A stretch of 64,000 bases of DNA from Candidatus Woesearchaeota archaeon. GTDB taxonomy: Archaea; Nanobdellota; Nanobdellia; Woesearchaeales; WJIZ01. A program made the translations under genes and the position numbers. The stretch is from assembly GCA_018221205.1 (NCBI GenBank), contig JAAOYF010000045.1, positions 3,264 to 67,263 of the forward strand. Reading direction: 5' to 3'. Each line of letters starts with the position of its first letter. Position 1 is the first letter of the stretch. The notes below the pieces were generated by a model, which was given only the letters and a program-made list of their open reading frames with translations, was not told where the DNA came from and did not search any database. Below, in pieces: positions 28,301 to 36,589 of this stretch.

Positions 28301-28518
28301 ATTATCTTCTCCACAGTCTCTGGTGTTATGGGATTGAAGTAGACTTCATCTGCCAAATGCTCAGAGGTCTGGATTGTCGCGATGTTTGGATTGATGAGAA
28401 TGGTCTTGATGCCTTCTTCTTTCAAGGCTTTGATGGCTTGGCTTCCTGAATAATCAAACTCTCCTGCCTGGCCTATCTTGATGGCGCCGCTACCTAAGAT
28501 CAAAGTCTTCTTAGCCAT
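25318..28518 (-). CDS. carB: Carbamoyl-phosphate synthase large subunit
   Basis: IGQAGEFDYSG, two ATP-grasp domains, MGS domain. Confidence 0.97.
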   Translation of the reverse strand: MAKKTLILGSGAIKIGQAGEFDYSGSQAIKALKEEGIKTILINPNIATIQTSEHLADEVYFNPITPETVEKIIKKEKPDSIMLSFGGQTALNCGVELYKRGILRKHKVKVLGTPVKTIEVTEDRKLFVDKLDQIKVKTPRSIATSSVKEAIKAAKKIGYPVMTRVAFALGGLGSGMCIDEQELAEKAKQAFSKVKQVLIEEYLAGWKEIEYEVVRDQYDNCITVCNMENFDPMGIHTGESIVVAPSQTLTNKEYHKLRDIAIKVIRHLGIIGECNIQYALDSRSEDYRIIEVNARLSRSSALASKATGYPLAFVAAKLGLGYSLTEVKNSITLATKACFEPSLDYIVIKIPRWDLEKFRLVKREIGSEMKSVGEIMAIGRSFEETLQKAIRMLGKDMHGLVCNDIKFKNLEKELQQPTDERVFAIAKAFQQGYSVDRIYALSKIDRWFLHKLGNIVKMGKKIKSARKLSKLSKEILKEAKQNGFSDYQLAHLLKTNPDEVRKKRLQLKITPFIKQIDTLAAEYPARTNYLYLTYNAQENDIVFNKGKQVMVLGSGAYRIGSSVEFDWCCVSTALTLRKLGYKTIMLNYNPETVSTDYDICDKLIFDEVSLETVLDIYEKEKPLGLIVSMGGQIPNNLAAKLHERKVPILGTSPDSIDNAENRHKFSRLLDDLGIDQPEWKELSSIKEAKRFVKRVGYPVLIRPSYVLSGAAMSVAFNDQSMNAFLKLASKVSKEYPVVISKFINNAKEVECDAVAFKGKLVCWAISEHVENAGVHSGDATIVLPPQYLYLETARRIKNIAKAIAKKLNITGPFNIQFLAKENQVKVIECNLRASRSFPFVSKIFKVNFIDVATRAIMNEKLPKIEKSAFELDYVGVKAPEFSFSRLKGSDPILSVEMASTGEVACFGDDIHEAFLKSFLSVGYTIPKKNIFLSTGTPETKAILLESCHLLKKMGYTLYSTFGTHAYLKEHGVSTTPLYWPLEDKKPNVMDYLKNRKIDLVINIPKNFEREEVTNDYYIRRTAVDYNTPLITNTQVAKLFIQAISQYQEKDLLVKPWSAYREEGVHR

Positions 28519-29584
28519 TTTTTACCCTCTTGATGAATCTATCAAACAAGAATGCTGTATCCACCGGCCCTGGACTGGCTTCTGGATGGAACTGCACACT
28601 GAAAAAAGGCTTTCTCTTGTGGATGATACCTTCATTCGTCCCATCATTAGCATTCACAAACCATTCTTCCCATCCTACGGGGAGCTTTTTCGGATTGACG
28701 GCAAAACCATGATTTTGAGAGGTAATGAAACAGCGTTTTGTGCCTTTCTCTATGCAGGGCTGGTTCTGGGAGCGATGGCCGAACTTCAGCTTGTAGGTAT
28801 CGCCGCCGGCAGCTAAAGCGAGAAGTTGGTTTCCCAGGCAGATTCCAAAGATAGGCTTCTCTTTCTGGAGTGCAATCTTGATATTTTCTATGGTCTCCTG
28901 CGCCATCTTTGGGTCGCCAGGGCCATTAGAGATGAAAAGGCCGTCATACTGATGCTTGTTGAAATTATAGTCAAAAGGAACCCTGGTTACTTTCACCTTT
29001 CTCCGGATGAATGACCTGATGATGTTGTATTTACATCCTGTATCGACAATCATGATCCTCCTTTTCCCTTTTCCATACTGAGTAACCTTTTTAGGGGAGA
29101 CCTGTTCAACGAGATTCTCTTTATTGGGATTATAGAAACTGATATTTTCCTTATTGATGATTTTGCCAAGCATGCTGCCCTTTGTCCTGAGCTTTTTTGT
29201 CAGGGCGCGAGTGTCTATGCCGTAGATGCCTGGAATGTTCCCATCTTTCATCCAGTCGGATAATGAAGAAGAGGCATTCCAATGGCTATAGTTATGGGAA
29301 TAATCTGAGATGATCAATCCTTTGATATGGATTCTTGAAGATTCAAAGAACTTCAAGAGCTTATGCTCCACCTCTTTCGGAGGGACACCATAATTGCCTA
29401 TCAAGGGATATGTCAAAACGAGAATCTGTCCCCGATATGATGGGTCAGTCATGGTCTCGGGATAGCCTACCATACCGGTGTTGAAGACAACCTCTCCTGC
29501 TTCAGAACTGTCTGCACCAAACGGCTTTCCTTCAAAGACAGAGCCATCTTTGAGAACAAGTCTTGCCAGAGTTTTTTCTTTCAT
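28511..29584 (-). CDS. carA: Carbamoyl-phosphate synthase small subunit
   Basis: GEVVFNTGMVGY, SNGPGDP, GICLGNQ, QFHPEA. Confidence 0.97.
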   Translation of the reverse strand: MKEKTLARLVLKDGSVFEGKPFGADSSEAGEVVFNTGMVGYPETMTDPSYRGQILVLTYPLIGNYGVPPKEVEHKLLKFFESSRIHIKGLIISDYSHNYSHWNASSSLSDWMKDGNIPGIYGIDTRALTKKLRTKGSMLGKIINKENISFYNPNKENLVEQVSPKKVTQYGKGKRRIMIVDTGCKYNIIRSFIRRKVKVTRVPFDYNFNKHQYDGLFISNGPGDPKMAQETIENIKIALQKEKPIFGICLGNQLLALAAGGDTYKLKFGHRSQNQPCIEKGTKRCFITSQNHGFAVNPKKLPVGWEEWFVNANDGTNEGIIHKRKPFFSVQFHPEASPGPVDTAFLFDRFIKRVKNG

Positions 29585-29713
29585 CTCTGGGATATTTCAG
29601 AAGACAGACCGATTAATAAGCTTTTGTATTATGGAATGGCTATTTTACCGTCGAGAAGAGAGCACTCTCAATATGTTGATTTCGGAGTGAGTTTCTGTTT
29701 TTAAATGTTGTGG

Positions 29714-30154
29714 CTAGATAAATTCATACTCTTGATAGTGTTCGCTATATAATAAATCCTTGAGAATCTTTTCGGCTGTCTCTTTGCTATCGACATGCAT
29801 CTTCCATAACACACCTTGACGCATGCTATGGAGGTTGTCGAAGCCTAATTGTTCTCTCAAAGTTTTGAACAAGGGAGCGTCTCCTTTATTTATGACCACT
29901 GCATTGAATGTTTCGTGTTTGGGTGCGTCTTCTACCTTGTAGATCGAGGTGGAATGCTTATTTGCATTGACGACGATATCTGTCTGGACAATATCCTTCA
30001 TGAACTTTTCTGCATCTTTTAAGACTTCAAATTCATAGAAGTCTTCTCTTTCTAGCTTTTTTAATTCTTTGAAACCCATCTTCTCAAGAGTATGGAAGGC
30101 AGTTATGCAGGTAGTGTCGGGAATCTTGAGTTTGACCAATAGCCGTATCTTCAT
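29714..30154 (-). CDS. purS: FGAM synthase subunit PurS (apparently double-length)
   Basis: VKLKIPD..AFHTLEKMGF..VVNAN and a second similar half; adjacent to purQ. Confidence 0.72.
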   Translation of the reverse strand: MKIRLLVKLKIPDTTCITAFHTLEKMGFKELKKLEREDFYEFEVLKDAEKFMKDIVQTDIVVNANKHSTSIYKVEDAPKHETFNAVVINKGDAPLFKTLREQLGFDNLHSMRQGVLWKMHVDSKETAEKILKDLLYSEHYQEYEFI

Positions 30155-30912
30155 CTTATGTATTCCCTCATGGATTCAAAGATTTTAGCAGCGGCTGCTA
30201 ATGACATAGCATCTTCGAAGTTGTTCATGGTCTTCTCTTTGAGATGCTTCTTGAAAAATGCCCTTTCGGGATGAGGCATCATCGCCAACACATTCCCTTT
30301 CTTATTGGAAATGCCAGCAATGTTTGCTGTGGAGCCGTTTGGATTAGCAGCAGCATTGATAGTTCCGTTCTCGTCGCAATATTTGAAGACTATCTGATCA
30401 TTCTTCTCAAGCCCCTCTACCAATTGAACATCATTCGTTACAAATCTTCCTTCGCCGTGAGCAATGGGGATGTCGATGATATCTTCTTCGTAGAATGCAT
30501 TGAATGCGTTCTTCTTTCCGACATTCTTGATCTTGACCCAGGTGCAGTAATAGCCGCTCACGACAGGATTGATATTCGGGGCGACAGCCATATGCACCTT
30601 ATCCTTCAGTCCGGGAATCAGTCCAGCTTCCACCAATATCTGGCAGCCGTTGCAGATGCCCAAGACAGGCTTTCCTTTTTTTGCCTGCTCCTTTATCTTC
30701 TGCATCAACGGATCCTTGGCAGAGATGACTCCGGCCCGGATACGGTCTTCATAGGACCAGCCGCCTGGCAAAACAAAGCCATCATACTCATCCAGGTCTT
30801 TCTTGGTGTTCCATCTAAGGATATCTGCCTGCATCCCTACTGCATCGCACGCTAGCTTGGTCTCATTTTCGCAGTTGGTTCCGGGAAAATAAATCACGGC
30901 TATTTTTTTCAT
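30151..30912 (-). CDS. purQ: FGAM synthase glutaminase subunit
   Basis: FPGTNC, PGGWSYED, GICNGCQ, MMPHPER. Confidence 0.96.
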   Translation of the reverse strand: MKKIAVIYFPGTNCENETKLACDAVGMQADILRWNTKKDLDEYDGFVLPGGWSYEDRIRAGVISAKDPLMQKIKEQAKKGKPVLGICNGCQILVEAGLIPGLKDKVHMAVAPNINPVVSGYYCTWVKIKNVGKKNAFNAFYEEDIIDIPIAHGEGRFVTNDVQLVEGLEKNDQIVFKYCDENGTINAAANPNGSTANIAGISNKKGNVLAMMPHPERAFFKKHLKEKTMNNFEDAMSLAAAAKIFESMREYIR

Positions 30913-30913
30913 T

Positions 30914-31324
30914 TTAGCTTGCGTAGCAATCCTCCTTGATCTGCTGCAGCGTAGCTATCCTCTGTTGAGAGGGATCTAATTGTTCATCGAGCTCTTGCTG
31001 CAATGTATCATCAATCTCAATATATGCTTCTTCAAACGCATCTTGGGTCATGGCGAGCTTCTCTTCCGGATGGATCTCACCGCACCATCTTTCGGGAATC
31101 TCCTTTTCCTGTGCTAATGCATGCTGGACTATGGTCATAAAACACTCATTCCTTGCGATAACTGTCCTTTTACAGGCATTCTCTGCCTGCTGCATATCTT
31201 CTCTCTGGATGAACTTTGATGCATAATCATGATAGGTCAGATCCAGCTTATACCGTTGGGCAAGCTGTTCATCATACTGGGTGCAGGCTGTCATGAGTAT
31301 CAACAATGCTATGAGCCATCTCAT
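30914..31324 (-). CDS. Putative lipoprotein inserted between purL and purQ
   Basis: MRWLIALLILMTAC lipobox-like signal; ATGA overlap with purL stop. Confidence 0.7.
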   Translation of the reverse strand: MRWLIALLILMTACTQYDEQLAQRYKLDLTYHDYASKFIQREDMQQAENACKRTVIARNECFMTIVQHALAQEKEIPERWCGEIHPEEKLAMTQDAFEEAYIEIDDTLQQELDEQLDPSQQRIATLQQIKEDCYAS

Positions 31325-33642
31325 TGTAGCGCCTCTGTAAATCCAGAGGTCCATGCTTTTTTCATCTCTTCAATAGATAATCGGAATTGTTTATCTTTTG
31401 CGGTGAATCTCAGATCTGAACCTCCGGTCTCACCGAGGATCATTGCATCTGGAAACATCTTCTTGATTTTTGGGATGTGTCCATTATCAACCTCGAACAC
31501 AAAGCCAGAGCTTTCGCTGAACAATATCTTTGATAAAGGTAAGGAAGAGAAATCTAAGTTAATAGAAGCTCCAATCTTTCCATCTGCCTCTCCTCCCAAC
31601 ATCATCTCAGCTACGGTTGTCAACAATCCGCCATCTGAGATGTCATGGCAGCTCAGGATAAGTTTCTTTTCTATGGCATCGATAATGGAATGGATCATCT
31701 TTTTTTCTTTCTCATAATCGATTTCAGGAACATTCTTTCCGAGATGATCATGGAGCTCGTAATATACTGAACCCCCTAACTCATCCTTCCTTTCGCCGAC
31801 CAGGAATAAGGTAGAGTTCTCTTTCTTGATCTTCATGGTTATTGCTTTGCTCACATCTTCCAATTTGCCCAGACAGGCGACAACTGGAGAGGGCGCTACT
31901 GATTTTCCGGCTGCGCTTTCGTTATAGAAGGAGACGTTTCCTCCGATGAACGGAACTGGTCCTTGTGTTCCTTTCAGATGGAGCCTGGAAGTGGCTTCTG
32001 CCAATCCTTTCACTGCTTCAGTGAATTCTGCAAACTGCTCTGGCTTCTCTGGGTTGCCAAAGTTCAGGCAGTCAGTCATCGCGATTGGAACGGCTCCTAC
32101 TGCTGCAACATTCCTCATCGACTCTGCGACTGCATTGATGGCAGCCTGTTTTGGATCAATCAATGCATAACGAGGATTTGCGTCTGCTGACAAAGCCAGA
32201 CCTGCAGGACAGCCGTCTATCGGAGCCTGCACTCCTGCATCTGCCTCTCCTGCTCTGATGACTGCCAATCCTTGGACTTCAGTATCATAGTGCTTATAGC
32301 ACGCTAATTTAGAAGCGACTGTAGGGTGAGAGAGCACTTTCAGGCACATGTCCTTATAATCTGGTTCAGCTATTGATGGCTCTTTTCCTGTATATTTTTT
32401 TTGGCGAGATTCTCTTTTATATTTTATGCCTTGAGTTATCTGGTTGACATCAGCATTGCAGATGATCTTTCCTTTATGTCTCAGGACATAGTTGTTCTCT
32501 TTCGTTACGGTGCCGACAACAGATGCTTTGGCGCCTTCTGAGACACTGGGCAAATCAAAATCTTCATTATAGATTTTAAGAATAGTAGGGGTAAAATCTT
32601 TCGGGCAGATCCAGGTGAATCGCTCTTGGGTTTCAGAGCATGTTATCATGTAGGGAGGAAGATTATGCATCGAGACATGGATCTTATCAATGTCAATGTC
32701 TGCTCCGAAACATGCTGAGCTTGTCAGCTCGGTTGTGGCGCACATTATGCCGCCAGCGCCCATATCCTTGAAGCCGACTGGAATATTTTTTTCTCTTACA
32801 ATTTTGAAGACTGCTTCTGTTGCCCTGAAGAGAACATTCTTCAGGAATGGATCAGGCACTTGCACTGCTCCCCTGTTGCTTTCCCTATCATCTTCATCTA
32901 GGATAACTGAAGCGAATGTTGTGCCGCCGAAACCAGAATTGTCTGTCGCTTTTCCTACAATGATGATATCGAAACCTTCTGCATCCTTGGGAGCATGGCT
33001 ATGGATGATTTCCTTTTCCTTGATGAGCCCTAATGTAATGACATTCACCAGACAGTTGTCATCAAAGCTTTCATTGAAATAGACATCTCCACAGATGACT
33101 GGAACACCTAGGGGATTTCCATATCCTGCTATGCCTTCAATTACTTGCGATGCGATATATTTTGTGCGATTTTTATTTTTGCCAAAGGGATTTCCGAATC
33201 GTAATGGATCGCCGCAAGCAATAACTCTGGCACCCATACAAAGAACATCTCTTACATTGCCGCCTATGCCTGTTGCCGCACCTTCAAAAGGAATAACTTG
33301 GCTTGGATGATTGTGAGATTCATGCGACATAGCAATGCCATACTTATCGCCCTGCCATTCTGTGAACAAAGCAATGCCTGCATCTTCCTTCGGGCCGAGG
33401 ATGACTGTAGGGCCCTCTGTAGGTAGTTGCTTAAGAATATCCTTGGAACTCTTATAGCTGCTATGCTCAGACCATTGTGTATTGAAGATATGCAGTTCGG
33501 TAATAGTAGGATCTCTTCCGAGAATCTTAGGCAGTTTCTTTATCTCTTCTATGCTAAAACCCAGGCCATTCTCTTTAATGAGCGCAGAAAGCTCTTTATC
33601 TGAAAGGTCGAGATTTATCGTGTTTATGTCGATATCCCCCAT
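31321..33642 (-). CDS. purL: FGAM synthase subunit PurL
   Basis: WSEHSSYKSS, ESHNHPS, DMGAGG, SETQER, LNFGNPE. Confidence 0.97.
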   Translation of the reverse strand: MGDIDINTINLDLSDKELSALIKENGLGFSIEEIKKLPKILGRDPTITELHIFNTQWSEHSSYKSSKDILKQLPTEGPTVILGPKEDAGIALFTEWQGDKYGIAMSHESHNHPSQVIPFEGAATGIGGNVRDVLCMGARVIACGDPLRFGNPFGKNKNRTKYIASQVIEGIAGYGNPLGVPVICGDVYFNESFDDNCLVNVITLGLIKEKEIIHSHAPKDAEGFDIIIVGKATDNSGFGGTTFASVILDEDDRESNRGAVQVPDPFLKNVLFRATEAVFKIVREKNIPVGFKDMGAGGIMCATTELTSSACFGADIDIDKIHVSMHNLPPYMITCSETQERFTWICPKDFTPTILKIYNEDFDLPSVSEGAKASVVGTVTKENNYVLRHKGKIICNADVNQITQGIKYKRESRQKKYTGKEPSIAEPDYKDMCLKVLSHPTVASKLACYKHYDTEVQGLAVIRAGEADAGVQAPIDGCPAGLALSADANPRYALIDPKQAAINAVAESMRNVAAVGAVPIAMTDCLNFGNPEKPEQFAEFTEAVKGLAEATSRLHLKGTQGPVPFIGGNVSFYNESAAGKSVAPSPVVACLGKLEDVSKAITMKIKKENSTLFLVGERKDELGGSVYYELHDHLGKNVPEIDYEKEKKMIHSIIDAIEKKLILSCHDISDGGLLTTVAEMMLGGEADGKIGASINLDFSSLPLSKILFSESSGFVFEVDNGHIPKIKKMFPDAMILGETGGSDLRFTAKDKQFRLSIEEMKKAWTSGFTEALQ

Positions 33643-33665
33643 GAGAAAATCAAGCGGAACTTGGT

Positions 33666-34514
33666 TTATATAGTTTTTGCTCCTTCACGGATTATCCAGA
33701 TTCCTGAGCCTATGATCAAGAGGCCTCCAAGGAAGGAAAGCATATGAAGAGTTTCCTGGAATATCAGGAAACCAAAGAACACTGTGAAGACTATCTCGAT
33801 ATAGGCGATGATGCCTGCATGCTGTGCCAGCACTATTTTCAGTCCCTTTAAGAAGAGCAGTACTGCAATAACTCCTCCCACTACAGCAAGATATGCCATC
33901 AATCCAAAATCAACGAGTGATGGTATTACTCTTGGTAGAAACGGCAGGGCAAGAACTGCAAGGCCGAGATTTGTGTAGAACATAAGTCTTAATAGGGGAT
34001 TTTTTGCCACATATGCTTTGTAGACTGTCAAGTTCACTGCATAAGCCAACGCAGAACCAAGTCCGAGCCAGATTCCCCAGACATCTTTCTGAGAGATAGC
34101 CCCGAACTGGAACAATAATGCCAGACCTGCCATAGATATGACTATGGCAACAAGGCTTTTCCAATGGAATTTCTCTTTCAGGAAAAAGACTGAGAGGATC
34201 AAGACAAAAACAGGCATGGTATAATGGCTGAACATAGCGTTGGCAAAAGAAGTCAAGCGGAGAGCAGAGAAGGTAAGAGCGATATTACCTAATGCAGAAA
34301 GGATGATTAGGGGATAGAGTTTTATGGGCTGAGGGAACTTCAACAGGTTTCTGTCCCTGATCACTATGGCAAGCATAACGACGAACTGAAGGACGAAAAC
34401 AACAGCCAAGAGCTGCATCAGAGGGAGAGAGATGAAACGGACAAAAACCGACTGTATAGAAAAAAGAAGCATAGCAAGAATGATGAACATACTGCCTTTA
34501 ATATAAGAATTCAT
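33666..34514 (-). CDS. EamA/DMT transporter
   Basis: About 10 TM in two repeats; PVFVLILSVFFLKEK, FGFLIFQE. Confidence 0.9.
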   Translation of the reverse strand: MNSYIKGSMFIILAMLLFSIQSVFVRFISLPLMQLLAVVFVLQFVVMLAIVIRDRNLLKFPQPIKLYPLIILSALGNIALTFSALRLTSFANAMFSHYTMPVFVLILSVFFLKEKFHWKSLVAIVISMAGLALLFQFGAISQKDVWGIWLGLGSALAYAVNLTVYKAYVAKNPLLRLMFYTNLGLAVLALPFLPRVIPSLVDFGLMAYLAVVGGVIAVLLFLKGLKIVLAQHAGIIAYIEIVFTVFFGFLIFQETLHMLSFLGGLLIIGSGIWIIREGAKTI

Positions 34515-34999
34515 CCTAATACTCTCACGACAAAGATAACCTCAATGATCGCGAGAAGAATTCCTCCAAAGATGTCAACTATAAAATGCTTCTTGGAGAT
34601 ATAACGGTGGAGAAAGACCAGGACTGCGAGCATTCCTGAGAAGATCATCACCCAAAGGAAAGGGTACTGCAGACTGAAGAGGATCGCTAAAATGGTGACA
34701 TTCAGACTGTGGGAACTTGGGAAGGAAGACGCAAGGACTTTTTCTATGAAAATGGAAAATTCCTCTTTCTGCGGCCTGTCCTTGAAATGGACGCTCTTGA
34801 TGACAATGATAAGTGCCATGGCTATGAGGAACGAGTAGAACAGCCGGAAAAAGAACTCTCCTCTCTCTATGAAGAGCATCGCAGCCAGAATAAGGATATA
34901 GAAAGGGATGCTGCCGAAATTGGATATATCATCCAGGATAATCCTAAGGATCTTCCTGGACATGAACTGCTTCGGAAGCTTCCTGATGGATTTTTTCAT
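34511..34999 (-). CDS. PAP2-family phosphatase
   Basis: K..RP, SFPSSHS, R..HFIVD. Confidence 0.85.
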   Translation of the reverse strand: MKKSIRKLPKQFMSRKILRIILDDISNFGSIPFYILILAAMLFIERGEFFFRLFYSFLIAMALIIVIKSVHFKDRPQKEEFSIFIEKVLASSFPSSHSLNVTILAILFSLQYPFLWVMIFSGMLAVLVFLHRYISKKHFIVDIFGGILLAIIEVIFVVRVLG

Positions 35000-35034
35000 A
35001 GTATAAAGCAATAATCTGCATTATTTAAAGGTTG

Positions 35035-36204
35035 TCAAATTTCTCCCACTGTATAGATAGATCCGGTCACGATTATGAGATCTGTCGGCTGGGCAAGTTT
35101 TTCAGCCTTCTTGAGCGCTTTCTTCACATCATTGATCATCTCAGACGGCAACGAGGTATACTGGGCAAGATCCTCTGGCTTGGATGCCCTATGGAATTTC
35201 GGCTGGGTAAAGATGATATAATCAGAGAATTGGGAGAATATGGTTACCATGCTTTCGATATCCTTATCTGACATGATGCCGATGACCGAGATGACCTTCT
35301 CATATCTTTTCCGTATGGTCTTGATCTCTTTCTTCAACGTGAGTGCACCTCCTGGATTATGGGTGCAGTCCAGCAATATGTTATTTCGGAACTCGAATCT
35401 TCCAGGCCAACTCGTATTTCCGAGCCCTTTTCTTATAGCATCTTCAGAAATAGTGACCTTGAGCATGTCAACAGCCTGGACAGCCAAAGCTGCATTCTCC
35501 AACTGGAAGTTCCCTTCCAGCGAGAGTTTGAGATCCTCATAGGCATTGATGCTGAAATGGGCATTGTGATTCCTATAGGAATGCGGGGTATGTATCTTGG
35601 CATGCTTTTTCCTGGCGATCTCCTTTATCACTTTCAATGCTTTTCCTTTGGCAGCAGTGATCACCGGAACATTCTCTTTGATGATGCCTGCCTTCTCAAA
35701 AGCGATCTGTTCTAATAAAGCGCCTAAATAATCAGTATGCTCCTCTGAGATATTGGTTATGATGGAGAGAAGAGGGGTAATGACATTGGTTGCGTCCAGT
35801 CTTCCACCCAGACCTACTTCCAAGACAAGGAAATCAACATCCTGGAAATAGAGAAAGGCTATGGCTGTTGCTGCTTCAAAGAACGTCTGATTTGTATGAA
35901 CACTCCTGACTGTAGCTATATGCCTCTCGAGTTCTTCCTCATCTATCTCCTTCCCGTCCTTCTGGAAACGTTCATTGAACCTTTTAAGATGGGGAGAAGT
36001 ATACATGCCTACCTTGAAGCCCTGCTCTTTCAGGATCGAAGAGAGCATGGCACAGACAGAGCCTTTGCCGTTTGTTCCGGCGACATGGATGCACTTTATT
36101 TCTTTATGGGGGTTGCCTAGCTTTTCCAAGAGAGCAGTCATCCTTTCCAATCCTAAGACCGTTCCCGCACTCACCAGACTGAGCAGCCAGTCGAGGTTTT
36201 TCAT
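35035..36204 (-). CDS. folC: Folylpolyglutamate/dihydrofolate synthase
   Basis: HVAGTNGKGS, SPHL, EVGLGGRLDATN, WPGRF, TGSIY. Confidence 0.95.
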   Translation of the reverse strand: MKNLDWLLSLVSAGTVLGLERMTALLEKLGNPHKEIKCIHVAGTNGKGSVCAMLSSILKEQGFKVGMYTSPHLKRFNERFQKDGKEIDEEELERHIATVRSVHTNQTFFEAATAIAFLYFQDVDFLVLEVGLGGRLDATNVITPLLSIITNISEEHTDYLGALLEQIAFEKAGIIKENVPVITAAKGKALKVIKEIARKKHAKIHTPHSYRNHNAHFSINAYEDLKLSLEGNFQLENAALAVQAVDMLKVTISEDAIRKGLGNTSWPGRFEFRNNILLDCTHNPGGALTLKKEIKTIRKRYEKVISVIGIMSDKDIESMVTIFSQFSDYIIFTQPKFHRASKPEDLAQYTSLPSEMINDVKKALKKAEKLAQPTDLIIVTGSIYTVGEI

Positions 36205-36352
36205 AATGCAGCATACTTTATCTCAATTTATAAACTTATTGTAAAAAAATATTATATTATGAACTTAATCTTATTTTAGATATATATCAATACTATTTTA
36301 ATAGTATTTTAAGTTTAAAATCGAAAGCTTTATAAATTCGTCATCAGGATAA

Positions 36353-36589
36353 GTGTATGTGGCAGGAACAGGGAAAAGAACGTTCAAACAACTGCAGAAA
36401 CTTATTCTTAGAAGCCTGAAGGCTCGTCCTCTAACGATCAATGAGATCTCTTCTAAAAGTAGAGTGAACTGGAATTCTACTGCAAAGCAATTGATCCTAT
36501 TGAAAGGCCATGAATTAGTCAAAGAGATAATCAGTCACCGAAGATTAAGGGTATTTGAGCTTACCAAAAAAGGGAGAAAACTGTTATGA
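36353..36589 (+). CDS. Small winged-HTH protein
   Basis: LTINEISSKSRVNWNSTAKQL..VFELTKKG; coupled to the next ORF. Confidence 0.75.
   Translation: MYVAGTGKRTFKQLQKLILRSLKARPLTINEISSKSRVNWNSTAKQLILLKGHELVKEIISHRRLRVFELTKKGRKLL

Noticed and set aside
29655-29695. AGCACTC...GAGTG resembling a CIRCE element
   Set aside because: Spacer is 17 nt rather than 9, the arms are imperfect, and it is not near chaperone genes; probably a simple hairpin.
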